A stretch of 45,612 nucleotides of DNA from Octopus bimaculoides (lineage: Eukaryota), in assembly GCF_001194135.2 (NCBI RefSeq), contig NC_068997.1, positions 12,801,311 to 12,846,922 on the forward strand, read 5' to 3'. The notes under the pieces are model-generated. The model did no database searches. It was given only the letters and a program-made list of their open reading frames with translations, and was not told the origin of the DNA. This document shows positions 11,401-23,484 of this stretch, piece by piece (position 1 is the first letter of the stretch; every line of letters begins with the position of its first letter). Made by a program: the position numbers and the translations under genes.

Positions 11401-11613
11401 CAAGGTGCTGCTGGAAAGTTCCTGGCTTTTGGTAACAGAAAATACAGGAGGATCAGTTAATGATGATTTTATTCAACATATTCCCCTCGCAGATTCATAC
11501 ACTTGTTGCAGCGATCCTTTATTTCTTCTAAGAACTGTAAAAGAATTCGGAAGGTTGGTCTTCCAGCCAGACCTTTCGCGATACCCTTAAAGCAACTGTT
11601 CAGCAAACCCTCG
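11401..11613 (-). mobile_element. Mariner-family internally deleted element (MITE), 213 bp, both ends present
   Basis: TA at 11399-11400 and 11614-11615. Imperfect TIRs CAAGGTGCTGCTGGAAAGTT (left) and, reverse-complemented, CGAGGGTTTGCTGAACAGTT (right). The minus strand retains the mariner transposase tail DRCNKCMNLRGEYVE* (typical motif KCxxxxGxYVE). Confidence 0.85.
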
Positions 11614-11857
11614 TATGTATTGGACAAAAAACATTTATAAACGTGACATTTCTGTGCCGCTACTTCGGTCATTGGGTTAATCATACAAATGTTAACAGGA
11701 CATGTTAACCTTAGAAAATGATTTTCTAACAAAATATATCCGCCATTCTGTTATGACAATGAAGGAATGCGATAATGTTAAGCAGTATCGAGTAAAATAG
11801 TAAAATATATGAAACAAAGAGAAATTCTTTCCATGGTATTTTCAATGTATATAAATG

Positions 11858-11923
<66 letters not shown>

Positions 11924-12749
11924 TATGTATGTATGCATGTATGTTTGTATGGATGTATATATGCATGCGCGTATAGAATTTCAGACGTACAGTCTTACAT
12001 ATACCTATGTACATATATGAGTAAGCATATACAGGTGCGTATGTATATGCTTAAACTTTTGTGTTCGATTAGGTATTTCTGTGTGTGAGTGCGTGCGTGG
12101 TCATGTGCATGTGCAAGAGCGTGTATTTCGAATAAGGCATGAATGAACGGCTTAGCAACCTGAACCAATTAGAGCAAGGTAAGAGCCAATCAAAACAGCG
12201 TTAAGATGAAATCAGCTCATTGGTCAAAGTTTAAGACAAATTAATTTGTAACATATGTTCTGTGAGTGTAGTGGATAATAATTATTCTTCTGCTTCACCT
12301 TTTCTGTGCTGGAATCTTTAAATTCTTACCTTATCCTAAACCATAGCATAAGTGTTAGTTAGTTCTTGCACAATTTAACACACAAATATATGCACACTTC
12401 AATAACTCTGCGAAATGTTTCACAATCTAATAAGTACCATTATGGCGGACTCCACGATCAGGAAGCAACAGATAAATAAGCGAAAGCTGTTACTTAGTTT
12501 TAACTCTTTCTACCATGTCAAAAATTAATATCGTATTACTTTTAAATGCTAATAATTTGCAATACTAAAATGAAAGTTTCGATTTATTGCAACTTGTATT
12601 GTTCGGAATTGCAGGAAGTTTGAAGTACCTCAAATATATTTTTTTTTACCGCTAGGACCTCGAATTGTCAAGGACCTAAGAGTATCTGGTACTCCTCGGT
12701 ACTTGAAAATATACACTGTTATTGAAGAAAGTGCGGAGGAAAGCAGTAC

Positions 12750-13215
12750 CTCGAGAACGCCAGACAAAATAGCGTTCGATATTTAGTTACATCTCTTTAC
12801 GTCCTGTGTTCAAATACGACCAATTTTGAGCTAAACTTTAATTATTCCGGGTTCGATAAAATATGCAGCAGTGAAATACCAGTCCAGTACCAGTTCGAAA
12901 TTGACGAGGCATTCTCAATATTTATGGGATAGTGCTAAAGTTTGAAATTGTATCTGTTAGGACAAATGAGCAGTGGAGTAGCAGAGACGTGAGAAAAAAA
13001 TGTATTATTGAAATAAGTCGTGTTTCTTTTTTCTTTGTTCTTATTTTAGTGAAAGCGGAGAATTGTTAAAATCGTTTGAGCACCGGAGAAAAAAACTTGG
13101 AGTATTTACTCCGGCTTTTTATAATTCTGTGTTCAAATCCAGCAGAATTTTCCTTAATTTTGGTAATCTATTATTATAAGCCTAATCAGAAAGAAGTGAA
13201 CCAGTATTCCCTCAC
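12750..13215 (+). mobile_element. Two highly degenerate family B-like SINE remnants
   Basis: TTTACGTCCTGTGTTCAAATAC...CCGGGTTCGATAAAATA (about 12795-12865) and AATCGTTTGAGCACCGG...TTCTGTGTTCAAATCC (about 13070-13140). Confidence 0.45.
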
Positions 13216-13770
13216 GGGTAGTTGTAAATCTCATTAGCATAATGACTTTGTGAAGTAAGGATTAAAATAATGAATAACAACTCCGAAGTTACAAGAGATG
13301 ACAAGTTTATAGCAAAGTACCTCTAGTACTACTTATGTGGCATTTACAACATCAAACGCGTCATTAAAAAAATTAAGTTAAAAAATGACTGTTCTTTATA
13401 AATATTACCCAACCTCATAGTTTTCGAAATGACAGTTGAATTTCCACTGGTACTACTATAATGATATTTATTATAAGGTAATATTTATTATATCATACAA
13501 GCTGTTGAATTTTGTTTGTTATAAATGAAACCAAGATCTGTTGTTCAGCAGAATTATGTTACTGTGTGGCCAGACCCTTTCACCGGTCAACAGCATTAAT
13601 TTACTTATACCCGGGCAGTAGAGACAAACGTATTAGTACTTAGAATTGTTGCTCCAGATTGAGGTAAACCTGGGATGTTTCTGTCGTTAGATAGAGTATA
13701 TTGTATAATTCACACGAATGATTATTCTTTTCCTCCTCCTTTTTAATATAAATTATTTTATATTATTTAT

Positions 13771-13970
13771 GGTTTCAAATCTTGGTACAAAGCCAGAAAT
13801 TTTGGAGAGGGAGTAAGTCGATTACATTGATTCCCATGCTGAACTGGTACTTATTTTATCGGCACCGAAAGGAGAAGAGCAGAAGTGATCTCAGTAAGAA
13901 TTTGAACCCACAACGCAAAGACGGACGAAGTTCCGCGAAGTATTTTTTCCCCGCGATGAACGATTCTGCC
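13771..13970 (-). mobile_element. Family B SINE (diverged)
   Basis: GGTTTCAAATCTTGGTACAAAGCC...ACTGGTACTTATTTTATCG...GAATTTGAAC...GACGGACGAA...AACGATTCTGCC on the + strand is the reverse complement of the family B body. It abuts an (AAT)n array. Confidence 0.75.
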
Positions 13971-13985
13971 TGTTATGATAGTATC

Positions 13986-13986
<1 letters not shown>

Positions 13987-14084
<98 letters not shown>

Positions 14085-14085
14085 A
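13987..14085. repeat. (AAT)n(GAT)n compound microsatellite
   Basis: Direct reading. It gives the poly-N/poly-D and poly-I artefact ORFs. Confidence 0.95.
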
Positions 14086-14183
14086 ATTTCATTCAGATAG
14101 AAATAGAGCAATATTCGTGACATCGAATTCAGATGAAACAATGTAAATTGATGTAATAAAAACAGTTGCTCACACCATTCTTG

Positions 14184-14325
<142 letters not shown>

Positions 14326-15118
14326 CATAAATGCATGCGTGTGTGTCTATATGTTATGTATATATATATGCACATATGTGTGCGCATGTATGTATACACA
14401 CAACCACATATTTATGTAAATGTAGTGTATAGAGGAATCGTTTCCTACGCATTAATACTACTAACGAAACAAAAAAATACGTCGGACTTTCTGCAAATAA
14501 ATTTTCACCAAAATAACAGATACATTTCTCTCATAGTTGCTACGTTAAACTATTATATAATATATTAATAGTATATTATATTCAATCATATCGCTTTACA
14601 AGATGCTGTATATGTGTTAGTAAATGGATGTATTATCAATGCGCATTCCTAATGTGAAACATGGCTCTTAATAGCTGGTCGCTCACCTAACTATTCAGTG
14701 TAGGCAACGCGCGATAAAGAACTTCAGAGATGAACAAGAGTAAATTCAGTGAAGGGAGATAATGAAATAAGATAGAGACATGGACAAAAGCGAAGAAGAA
14801 TACATAAATATGAACGAATAATAAAAATAAATGACAAAGATGAAGAGTGGAGTTTGTGTGTAAAGCAAATGGAGATTACTGAAGGAGAAAGATTTGTTTG
14901 GTGCGAATGTTAAGCACTTATATATTTCGAGGATTTATCGCACTAAATTCTCCTGTAAAAATGTTTTTCATAAGAATGCACTGTTCAATATCTGATAATG
15001 TGTATGTATGTATGTATGTATGTATGCTCATATGCCTGTTTGCATATATGTATGTATATGTGTGTGTATATATATGTATATATATATACGTATATATGGA
15101 TGTATTTTTATATGTATC

Positions 15119-15163
<45 letters not shown>

Positions 15164-15329
15164 ATATATATGTATATATATATACATATATATANNNNNN
15201 NNNNNNNNNNNNNNNNNNNNNNNNNNNNNNNNNNNNNNNNNNNNNNNNNNNNNNNNNNNNNNNNNNNNNNNNNNNNNNNNNNNNNNNNNNNNNNNNNNNN
15301 NNNNNNNNNNNNNNNNNNNNNNNNNNNNN

Positions 15330-15371
<42 letters not shown>

Positions 15372-15962
15372 GTATATATGTATATATATATAGTGGAAAC
15401 GTTCAAATGAAACATTTGTTATGGATTGCTACCGAAAATAGATAACTAATTTCTCAAACTCCTGCAAATTCCAAATTCTTCTTTCTTCCTTCTTCTTTCC
15501 TCTCTTTTGTTTTCTTTCGTTATTTATGCGTACATTTGCTCTCGTTTGTTTTACTATCGCTTTCGCTTTTACTTTCATTTTCGACTGTTTATCATTTATT
15601 GACTGATAAAACGTCAGACAAACACCATCATTTCTAATATCTGCTTTTCTACAGCAAAAATGGCCGATGATATGAAAGAGGAGGCTACGCCAATGGCGGT
15701 GGTATTGGAGGCCGGTAATGATGTATATCATAGTCATCATTATTGTTGTTGTCATTGTCGTTGTCGTGGGGGTGGGGGAATGAATGGTGATGCCTGGAGT
15801 AGCGGTCACAGTAGTGGAACTCGTTCGCTGATTGTTGTTGGTGGTAAAGGTGTCACGGCTAATTTTAAGTAATTTTGTTGGGCAGTTATATCTGGATATC
15901 TCAAATGCTTTGCCACGCTTTCCAATACATACATGTCTACATACATACATATTTAAGATAAA

Positions 15963-16002
<40 letters not shown>

Positions 16003-16522
16003 CGTGTATATATATATATATGCGTGCATGTATATCACAAACTCACAGGCAGAAAGTTTGTTCGAAGAAGCGGGAATAGTGACTCATATCAAATAACATT
16101 AGTGCCGTCGAATTTAAGTTATTTTTCCGGAAAACTAACTTCTAAATTTATGACTTTCTATGAAAACGTCGAATTATTACCGGTTACACTGTGAGTGTAT
16201 CGTAATTACGAAAAGTTACTGAAATATTCCTTCCACCTCTATCATTGCAGCACCACACTGCCCTTCTGCCCTTCTACACCCAAACCAAACATTTCATCCT
16301 TCAGTCTCCCCTCTCAGCGTGCTTCTTTCATATACTTTCATATATATATATGTATATACACACGTGTATACATGCACACGCACACATATATATATATATG
16401 TATATATACACTTACGCATATATATACACAAACACGTATATATATATATGTATATACATGTATCTATATGTGTGTGTATGTTTGTGTGCACATACATATA
16501 TGTATATACTTAATACTTAATA

Positions 16523-16570
<48 letters not shown>

Positions 16571-17510
16571 TTTATGTATATATCTATCTACATATATACA
16601 CATATGTTTATATATATAAATGTATTATATATAAATATGCATATATCCACACACACACACACATATATAAGTACCTATACACATACAGGTATATATATAT
16701 ATATATATATATACTATATACTATATAGGCATATATATAGTTATGCATTTATGTATACATCTATATATACATACACATATGTTTATGTATATCAATGTAT
16801 TATATATATATGCCCATACATGAGATGCATAAGACACACAAGATATACACATGTATAATTATATTAATATAAATATACATAGATGCACACACTTAGATGC
16901 ATAGTGTAAACTAATGCGACCTTTCTTTTTCTCTAGCCTCTTTTCTCGTACATCTGTCAATTGCACAGTATTTAGTAGTTCTTCTCAGCGAGCTGAGCAA
17001 TTACGATAAGGCTTCTTACCTTAACTAACTGATCTCTCTTTCTCATGGCCTTTTACACAATTTCTGCTACATCAATTCGAAGAATTCAACGAAGAAAATT
17101 TCTTTTCCAGATGTCCAATGATCCCAGCATGCATTCTGGCATTTTAGAATTTATGGAGGATTGATATTTTCCAATTTTTATTTTACGTTGTGTTTATGTC
17201 ACTCGACTTGGGCAAAACGGAGGAATTTGGCGTCAGATGATAATTGGTTGCGAACTTATATTATTGACTTTTGGACTTTAGCAAAAGACTTTGGTCTGCA
17301 ATAAAATTATGTTGCTTTTCTACTGTAAAATCTTTCCTCACTGAAAGGAAAACTAAACTTCAAAGCTGAACAGAGATTTTGGTCATAAAATTTTTCAGCA
17401 GCAAACAAAGAATTTCGGTTCCACCACCCAGTGATTTGTAATACACAGACATTCATGGCAATGAAAAAATTCTTATAATGATAATGTTGAGGATAGTAAC
17501 AACAATACCG

Positions 17511-17575
<65 letters not shown>

Positions 17576-17714
17576 GGTCTCAAATTTTGTCACAAGGGCA
17601 GCAATTTCGGGGGAGGGAATGAGTCGATTAGATCGACCCCGGTGTTCAACTGGTACTTATTTTATCGCCACATAAAGGATGAAAGGTAAAGTGGGCCTGC
17701 GACGGACGAAATAT

Positions 17715-17776
<62 letters not shown>

Positions 17777-18043
17777 ATACAACTACTGCTACTACTACCA
17801 CCACCACCAACACCACTACCCCACACTACTACTACTACTAGCGCCACAACCACCACCACCACCACCACCACCACTACTACTACTACTTTCTATTATAGGC
17901 ACAAGACCTGAAATTTCCATCACTACTTATTTTATTGACACCGAAATGATAGAAGGCAAAATCGACCTCAGCGGAATTTGAACTTAGAACGCATAGATGG
18001 ATGTAATCCTCGGTGCAGTAACAATTCTGCTAGCTCACTACCT
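17576..18043 (-). mobile_element. Two family B SINEs (17576-17715, internally deleted; 17887-18043) separated by (ACT)n/(ACC)n
   Basis: Shared motifs ACTGGTACTTATTTTATCG, GGCAAAATCGACCTC..GGAATTTGAAC and AACAATTCTGCTAGCTC. The first copy is preceded by (ATA)n, which is its tail. Confidence 0.7.
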
Positions 18044-18639
18044 TCTCAATAATAATAATAATTATTATGGTTTGAAATTTTCACGAAATGCTAGCTGATT
18101 GTGTCAGTTGTAACCAAGATGGAAGGGTCAATTTGCATTATGCTCTATTTATGAGAAAAACCCTAAATGTTATTCTTTACTCTTAATTCACCTGAAGAAA
18201 ACGTTTTTGATTTCTTTTTACATGATGTAATAATTTTGTTCATTAATAAAGAACATGTCTGAAACGGTTGTAGTGAACTTCAATCCTTCTATGTTAACTT
18301 TTATACTTCACTACACTCGAACCCTTCCCTGCGCTGGATCTTGAGCCTATCAAATACGTGTCGGAGTGTACTCCTGTGTGAATTTGAGTACACGTTGTGT
18401 ACTTTGGTCTATACTTGCGAATGTATGCATTGCTAGGGGCAACAAACCCGCATATACTCCAGCAAGTAGTTGTGTGTCCGTATACATTGTTAGTGCATAG
18501 GTACGCTATCCCCGACCCCATACTGGAGTCTTTGTTATTTAAATACTTGATTCTATCCTGAAAACTATACATACACAGACACACAATTACGCTCGCGCGC
18601 ACATACGCAGGAACGAACACACGCACACACACACACATA

Positions 18640-18885
18640 TGTTTGTGAGTATGTGTTTGATTTCTGTTCGTCTCCCACCACCGCTTGATAGCCGGTGTTT
18701 ACGTTCTTATGAATTTGCAGTTCGGCAAAAGAGAACGGTAGAAAAAGTTCCAGACTTCAGAAGGAAAAATAGAGAGAAAAAAAGAAAGAAGAAAAACTAG
18801 TATTGAGATCGATTCATTCGACTAAACTTTCTTGAAGGTGGTGCCCCAGCACGGCCGCAGTCCAATGACTGAAGCAAGTAAAGGA
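18640..18885 (+). mobile_element. SINE family A, 3' half (diverged)
   Basis: CCGGTGTTTACG...GTTCGGCAAAAGAGA...GATCGATTCATTCGACTAAA...GAAGGTGGTGCCCCAGCACGGCCGCAGTCCAATGACTGAAGCAAGTAAA matches the 3' half of 10911-11343. Confidence 0.8.
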
Positions 18886-19321
18886 AAGAATGAAAATCTA
18901 CATAATTACACCCACACCCACACACATACGAACGCACCCCCCCCCCCNNNNNNNNNNCCCCACACTGTGTGTAACGTGCGGAGCCATGTTAATTGGTGGA
19001 CGGTTTATGATGGAGATACAGTTAGGAAGTTGGATTGGATTGTGAAACAGATGGTCTTCATTCGTGGAATTTAACCAATGTGCAGAACTCTGCCTATTGA
19101 AATATTTAATTACATCTGCAAAGGGACAGAAAAAGCGTACCGCTATCTAAACTAGCGATTATGGCGAGTGCACACCCTCGCCACATTCTCTACGAGTTGC
19201 AACATTGAAAGAACAACACCAACAATTGCAAATGCTGAAAGTAAGTAGTGAAGAAAAAGTAATAGAAAAAAAATGACTCATTGGCAAATGTCAATTAAAT
19301 GAAACTATTAAAAAGTACTCT

Positions 19322-19326
19322 ATGTA

Positions 19327-19363
<37 letters not shown>

Positions 19364-19468
19364 GTCTGTCTGTCTGTCTGTATGTCTGTATGTATGTATG
19401 TCTGTATGTATGTATGTATGTCTGTCTGTCTGTCTGTCTGTCTGTATGTATGTATGTATGTATGTATG

Positions 19469-19500
<32 letters not shown>

Positions 19501-19565
19501 AATCTATCTGTCTGTCTGTCTGTCTATCTGTCTGTCTGTCTATCTATCCATCTATCTATCTATCC

Positions 19566-19630
<65 letters not shown>
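19322..19630. repeat. Compound tetranucleotide microsatellite (TGTC/TATG/TATC)n
   Basis: Alternating blocks of TGTC, TATG and TATC units. Similar arrays occur at about 3145-3230 and 44298-44420. Confidence 0.95.
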
Positions 19631-20692
19631 CATACATACACACACACACGCACACACATATATATATATATGTTTGTGTGTGTGTGTATATATGTATTAT
19701 ATAATATCGAGGTCTCTTTCTTTCTTTTGTTGCCATTCCTGTCAAATATATATATATAAGATCGGAAGAGCGTCGNNNNNNNNNNNNNNNNNNNNNNNNN
19801 NNNNNNNNNNNNNNNNNNNNNNNNNNNNNNNNNNNNNNNNNNNNNNNNNNNNNNNNNNNNNNNNNNNNNNNNNNNNNNNNNNNNNNNNNNNNNNNNNNNN
19901 NNNNNNNNNNNNNNNNNNNNNNNNNNNNNNNNNNNNNNNNNNNNNNNNNNNNNNNNNNNNNNNNNNNNNNNNNNNNNNNNNNNNNNNNNNNNNNNNNNNN
20001 NNNNNNNNNNNNNNNNNNNNNNNNNNNNNNNNNNNNNNNNNNNNNNNNNNNNNNNNNNNNNNNNNNNNNNNNNNNNNNNNNNNNNNNNNNNNNNNNNNNN
20101 NNNNNNNNNNNNNNNNNNNNNNNNNNNNNNNNNNNNNNNNNNNNNNNNNNNNNNNNNNNNNNNNNNNNNNNNNNNNNNNNNNNNNNNNNNNNNNNNNNNN
20201 NNNNNNNNNNNNNNNNNNNNNNNNNNNNNNNNNNNNNNNNNNNNNNNNNNNNNNNNNNNNNNNNNNNNNNNNNNNNNNNNNNNNNNNNNNNNNNNNNNNN
20301 NNNNNNNNNNNNNNNNNNNNNNNNNNNNNNNNNNNNNNNNNNNNNNNNNNNNNNNNNNNNNNNNNNNNNNNNNNNNNNNNNNNNNNNNNNNNNNNNNNNN
20401 NNNNNNNNNNNNNNNNNNNNNNNNNNNNNNNNNNNNNNNNNNNNNNNNNNNNNNNNNNNNNNNNNNNNNNNNNNNNNNNNNNNNNNNNNNNNNNNNNNNN
20501 NNNNNNNNNNNNNNNNNNNNNNNNNNNNNNNNNNNNNNNNNNNNNNNNNNNNNNNNNNNNNNNNNNNNNNNNNNNNNNNNNNNNNNNNNNNNNNNNNNNN
20601 NNNNNNNNNNNNNNNNNNNNNNNNNNNNNNNNNNNNNNNNNNNNNNNNNNNNNNNNNNNNNNNNNNNNNNNNNNNNNNNNNNNNNNNNNNNN

Positions 20693-20725
<33 letters not shown>

Positions 20726-21466
20726 GTATATATGTTTGTATGTATGTATGGCTAAAACACTCGATAAAAACGAAGATTTAACAAATAAATGTATTTGTAT
20801 CATGTATGCACCTACACATACATGTTTGTATACGTATATACATGTTTCAGCATGTGTCTCTGTGTGCATGATTCTCTCGTTCACTGTCTTTTTCACTCAC
20901 CTTTTTGTCTTTCTCTCTCACTCTCCTTCAGCCTCTCTCTCTCTCTCTCTCCCTGTGTACACACCACACCACACACACACACACTAAAACCACACACACA
21001 TACACATAGATATACATACATAGCTAGAAGCAATTACTCATATACACATATGAAACATATGTATGTATATGTTTATACTGAGGTAAAATAGCCTTAACAA
21101 AATCAGATTCTCCTCGCAAATGGAAGGCCAGAGAGAACTTCCTATAGAGAGCATAAAATGAAAAGCAAACAGGGGATGTAACTAGGGTGTACATTTTCGA
21201 ACACTCAATTAGCTGATATTAACAGAGTTATCCGTCTTGAAATTCGTCTTCAAATTACAACGATTATTTCAATCGACGTTATTCAGCTTTCTATATTACA
21301 TATGTTAGACGCTGCAACGTGTGTATTTAGCATGCAAAGCAGTCCTCTGAGATATTTTCTCTTCGTTCTGTTGATGATAAATGTATATCTATATGTATAC
21401 ATACATATACCTGATCATACATATGTGTATATACATATATGCAGTATAAATAAATATATGTAAGCA

Positions 21467-21517
<51 letters not shown>

Positions 21518-22262
21518 ACATTATAAGAAACACAAAGTGACATTCGCATACCGACCCACACACATGGAATCCTTGTGTGTAGGGTAACGCATATGCAGGC
21601 AAATTATTCAGTACAGGCGTAAACATTAAATATAATATTATATTATACGTATATGTATACATACATGCATATATATGTATATGTTTATGTAAATTCATGT
21701 ACGCACAAATACATAGACGTATTTATACATAGAAATTATGTGTGTATAAATATGTGTGTCTTCGTGTGCAAGCGTTAATTTCGTGTGTATATATGTTCAT
21801 ACATACAAATTCATATCTACTCATCTATACACACACATACACACACTCACTCACTCTCACACAGAGATACATATGTATATATATTTATACGCACAGATAT
21901 ATAATATGAATATGCATACAGGCACAGACATACGCACGCATATGTATACCTATACCCATCAAATTTATGATTATACAAAAAGTTATACATAGTGAAAAAA
22001 AAAAACAGCAAAAAATACAACCGAAATTGACAACTAAGCAACAAAATATTTATAAAAAAAAACACCATAAATATATAAATATAAACGTCAGCATTTTGAG
22101 CATCATCATCATCATTCTCATCATCATCAAGAAGAAAACAGCATGAAGAACAAAAATAAGAAAATCAACGAAGAACGAATCATACTCTCATATACATAGC
22201 ACCCATGCCAAAATGAAAACGAAACAATATACATGTACACACATATATACATACAGTCACAC

Positions 22263-22314
<52 letters not shown>

Positions 22315-23245
22315 ATATATGAGTAAGTATGTATATATATATATGGGTGCGTGTGCGTGTATATATATATATGTACATATATATATANNNNNNNNNNNNN
22401 NNNNNNNNNNNNNNNNNNNNNNNNNNNNNNNNNNNNNNNNNNNNNNNNNNNNNNNNNNNNNNNNNNNNNNNNNNNNNNNNNNNNNNNNNNNNNNNNNNNN
22501 NNNNNNNNNNNNNNNNNNNNNNNNNNNNNNNNNNNNNNNNNNNNNNNNNNNNNNNNNNNNNNNNNNNNNNNNNNNNNNNNNNNNNNNNNNNNNNNNNNNN
22601 NNNNNNNNNNNNNNNNNNNNNNNNNNNNNNNNNNNNNNNNNNNNNNNNNNNNNNNNNNNNNNNNNNNNNNNNNNNNNNNNNNNNNNNNNNNNNNNNNNNN
22701 NNNNNNNNNNNNNNNNNNNNNNNNNNNNNNNNNNNNNNNNNNNNNNNNNNNNNNNNNNNNNNNNNNNNNNNNNNNNNNNNNNNNNNNNNNNNNNNNNNNN
22801 NNNNNNNNNNNNNNNNNNNNNNNNNNNNNNNNNNNNNNNNNNNNNNNNNNNNNNNNNNNNNNNNNNNNNNNNNNNNNNNNNNNNNNNNNNNNNNNNNNNN
22901 NNNNNNNNNNNNNNNNNNNNNNNNNNNNNNNNNNNNNNNNNNNNNNNNNNNNNNNNNNNNNNNNNNNNNNNNNNNNNNNNNNNNNNNNNNNNNNNNNNNN
23001 NNNNNNNNNNNNNNNNNNNNNNNNNNNNNNNNNNNNNNNNNNNNNNNNNNNNNNNNNNNNNNNNNNNNNNNNNNNNNNNNNNNNNNNNNNNNNNNNNNNN
23101 NNNNNNNNNNNNNNNNNNNNNNNNNNNNNNNNNNNNNNNNNNNNNNNNNNNNNNNNNNNNNNNNNNNNNNNNNNNNNNNNNNNNNNNNNNNNNNNNNNNN
23201 NNNNNNNNNNNNNNNNNNNNNNNNNNNNNNNNNNNNNNNNNNNNN

Positions 23246-23284
<39 letters not shown>

Positions 23285-23484
23285 CACATACCAAAATCTA
23301 TGGTTGTAAAGAAATTCGTTTTTGCCAACGTGAATATGGAATACCATATTCGCGTTGGCAGCCATGTCTAATTGATTTCTCTGTGTTAAATGCTAATAAA
23401 TGCCTATTTTTCTCCCTTCGCCTCTTTTCTCTTCTCTACCTAGCATATTTTAACCCTCATCCACAAACCACTGACACAGGCCCC

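Noticed and set aside
21554-21585. Small hairpin ACCCACACACATGGAATCCTTGTGTGTAGGGT
   Set aside because: The stem is mostly CA/TG microsatellite pairing, which is expected by chance in this genome.
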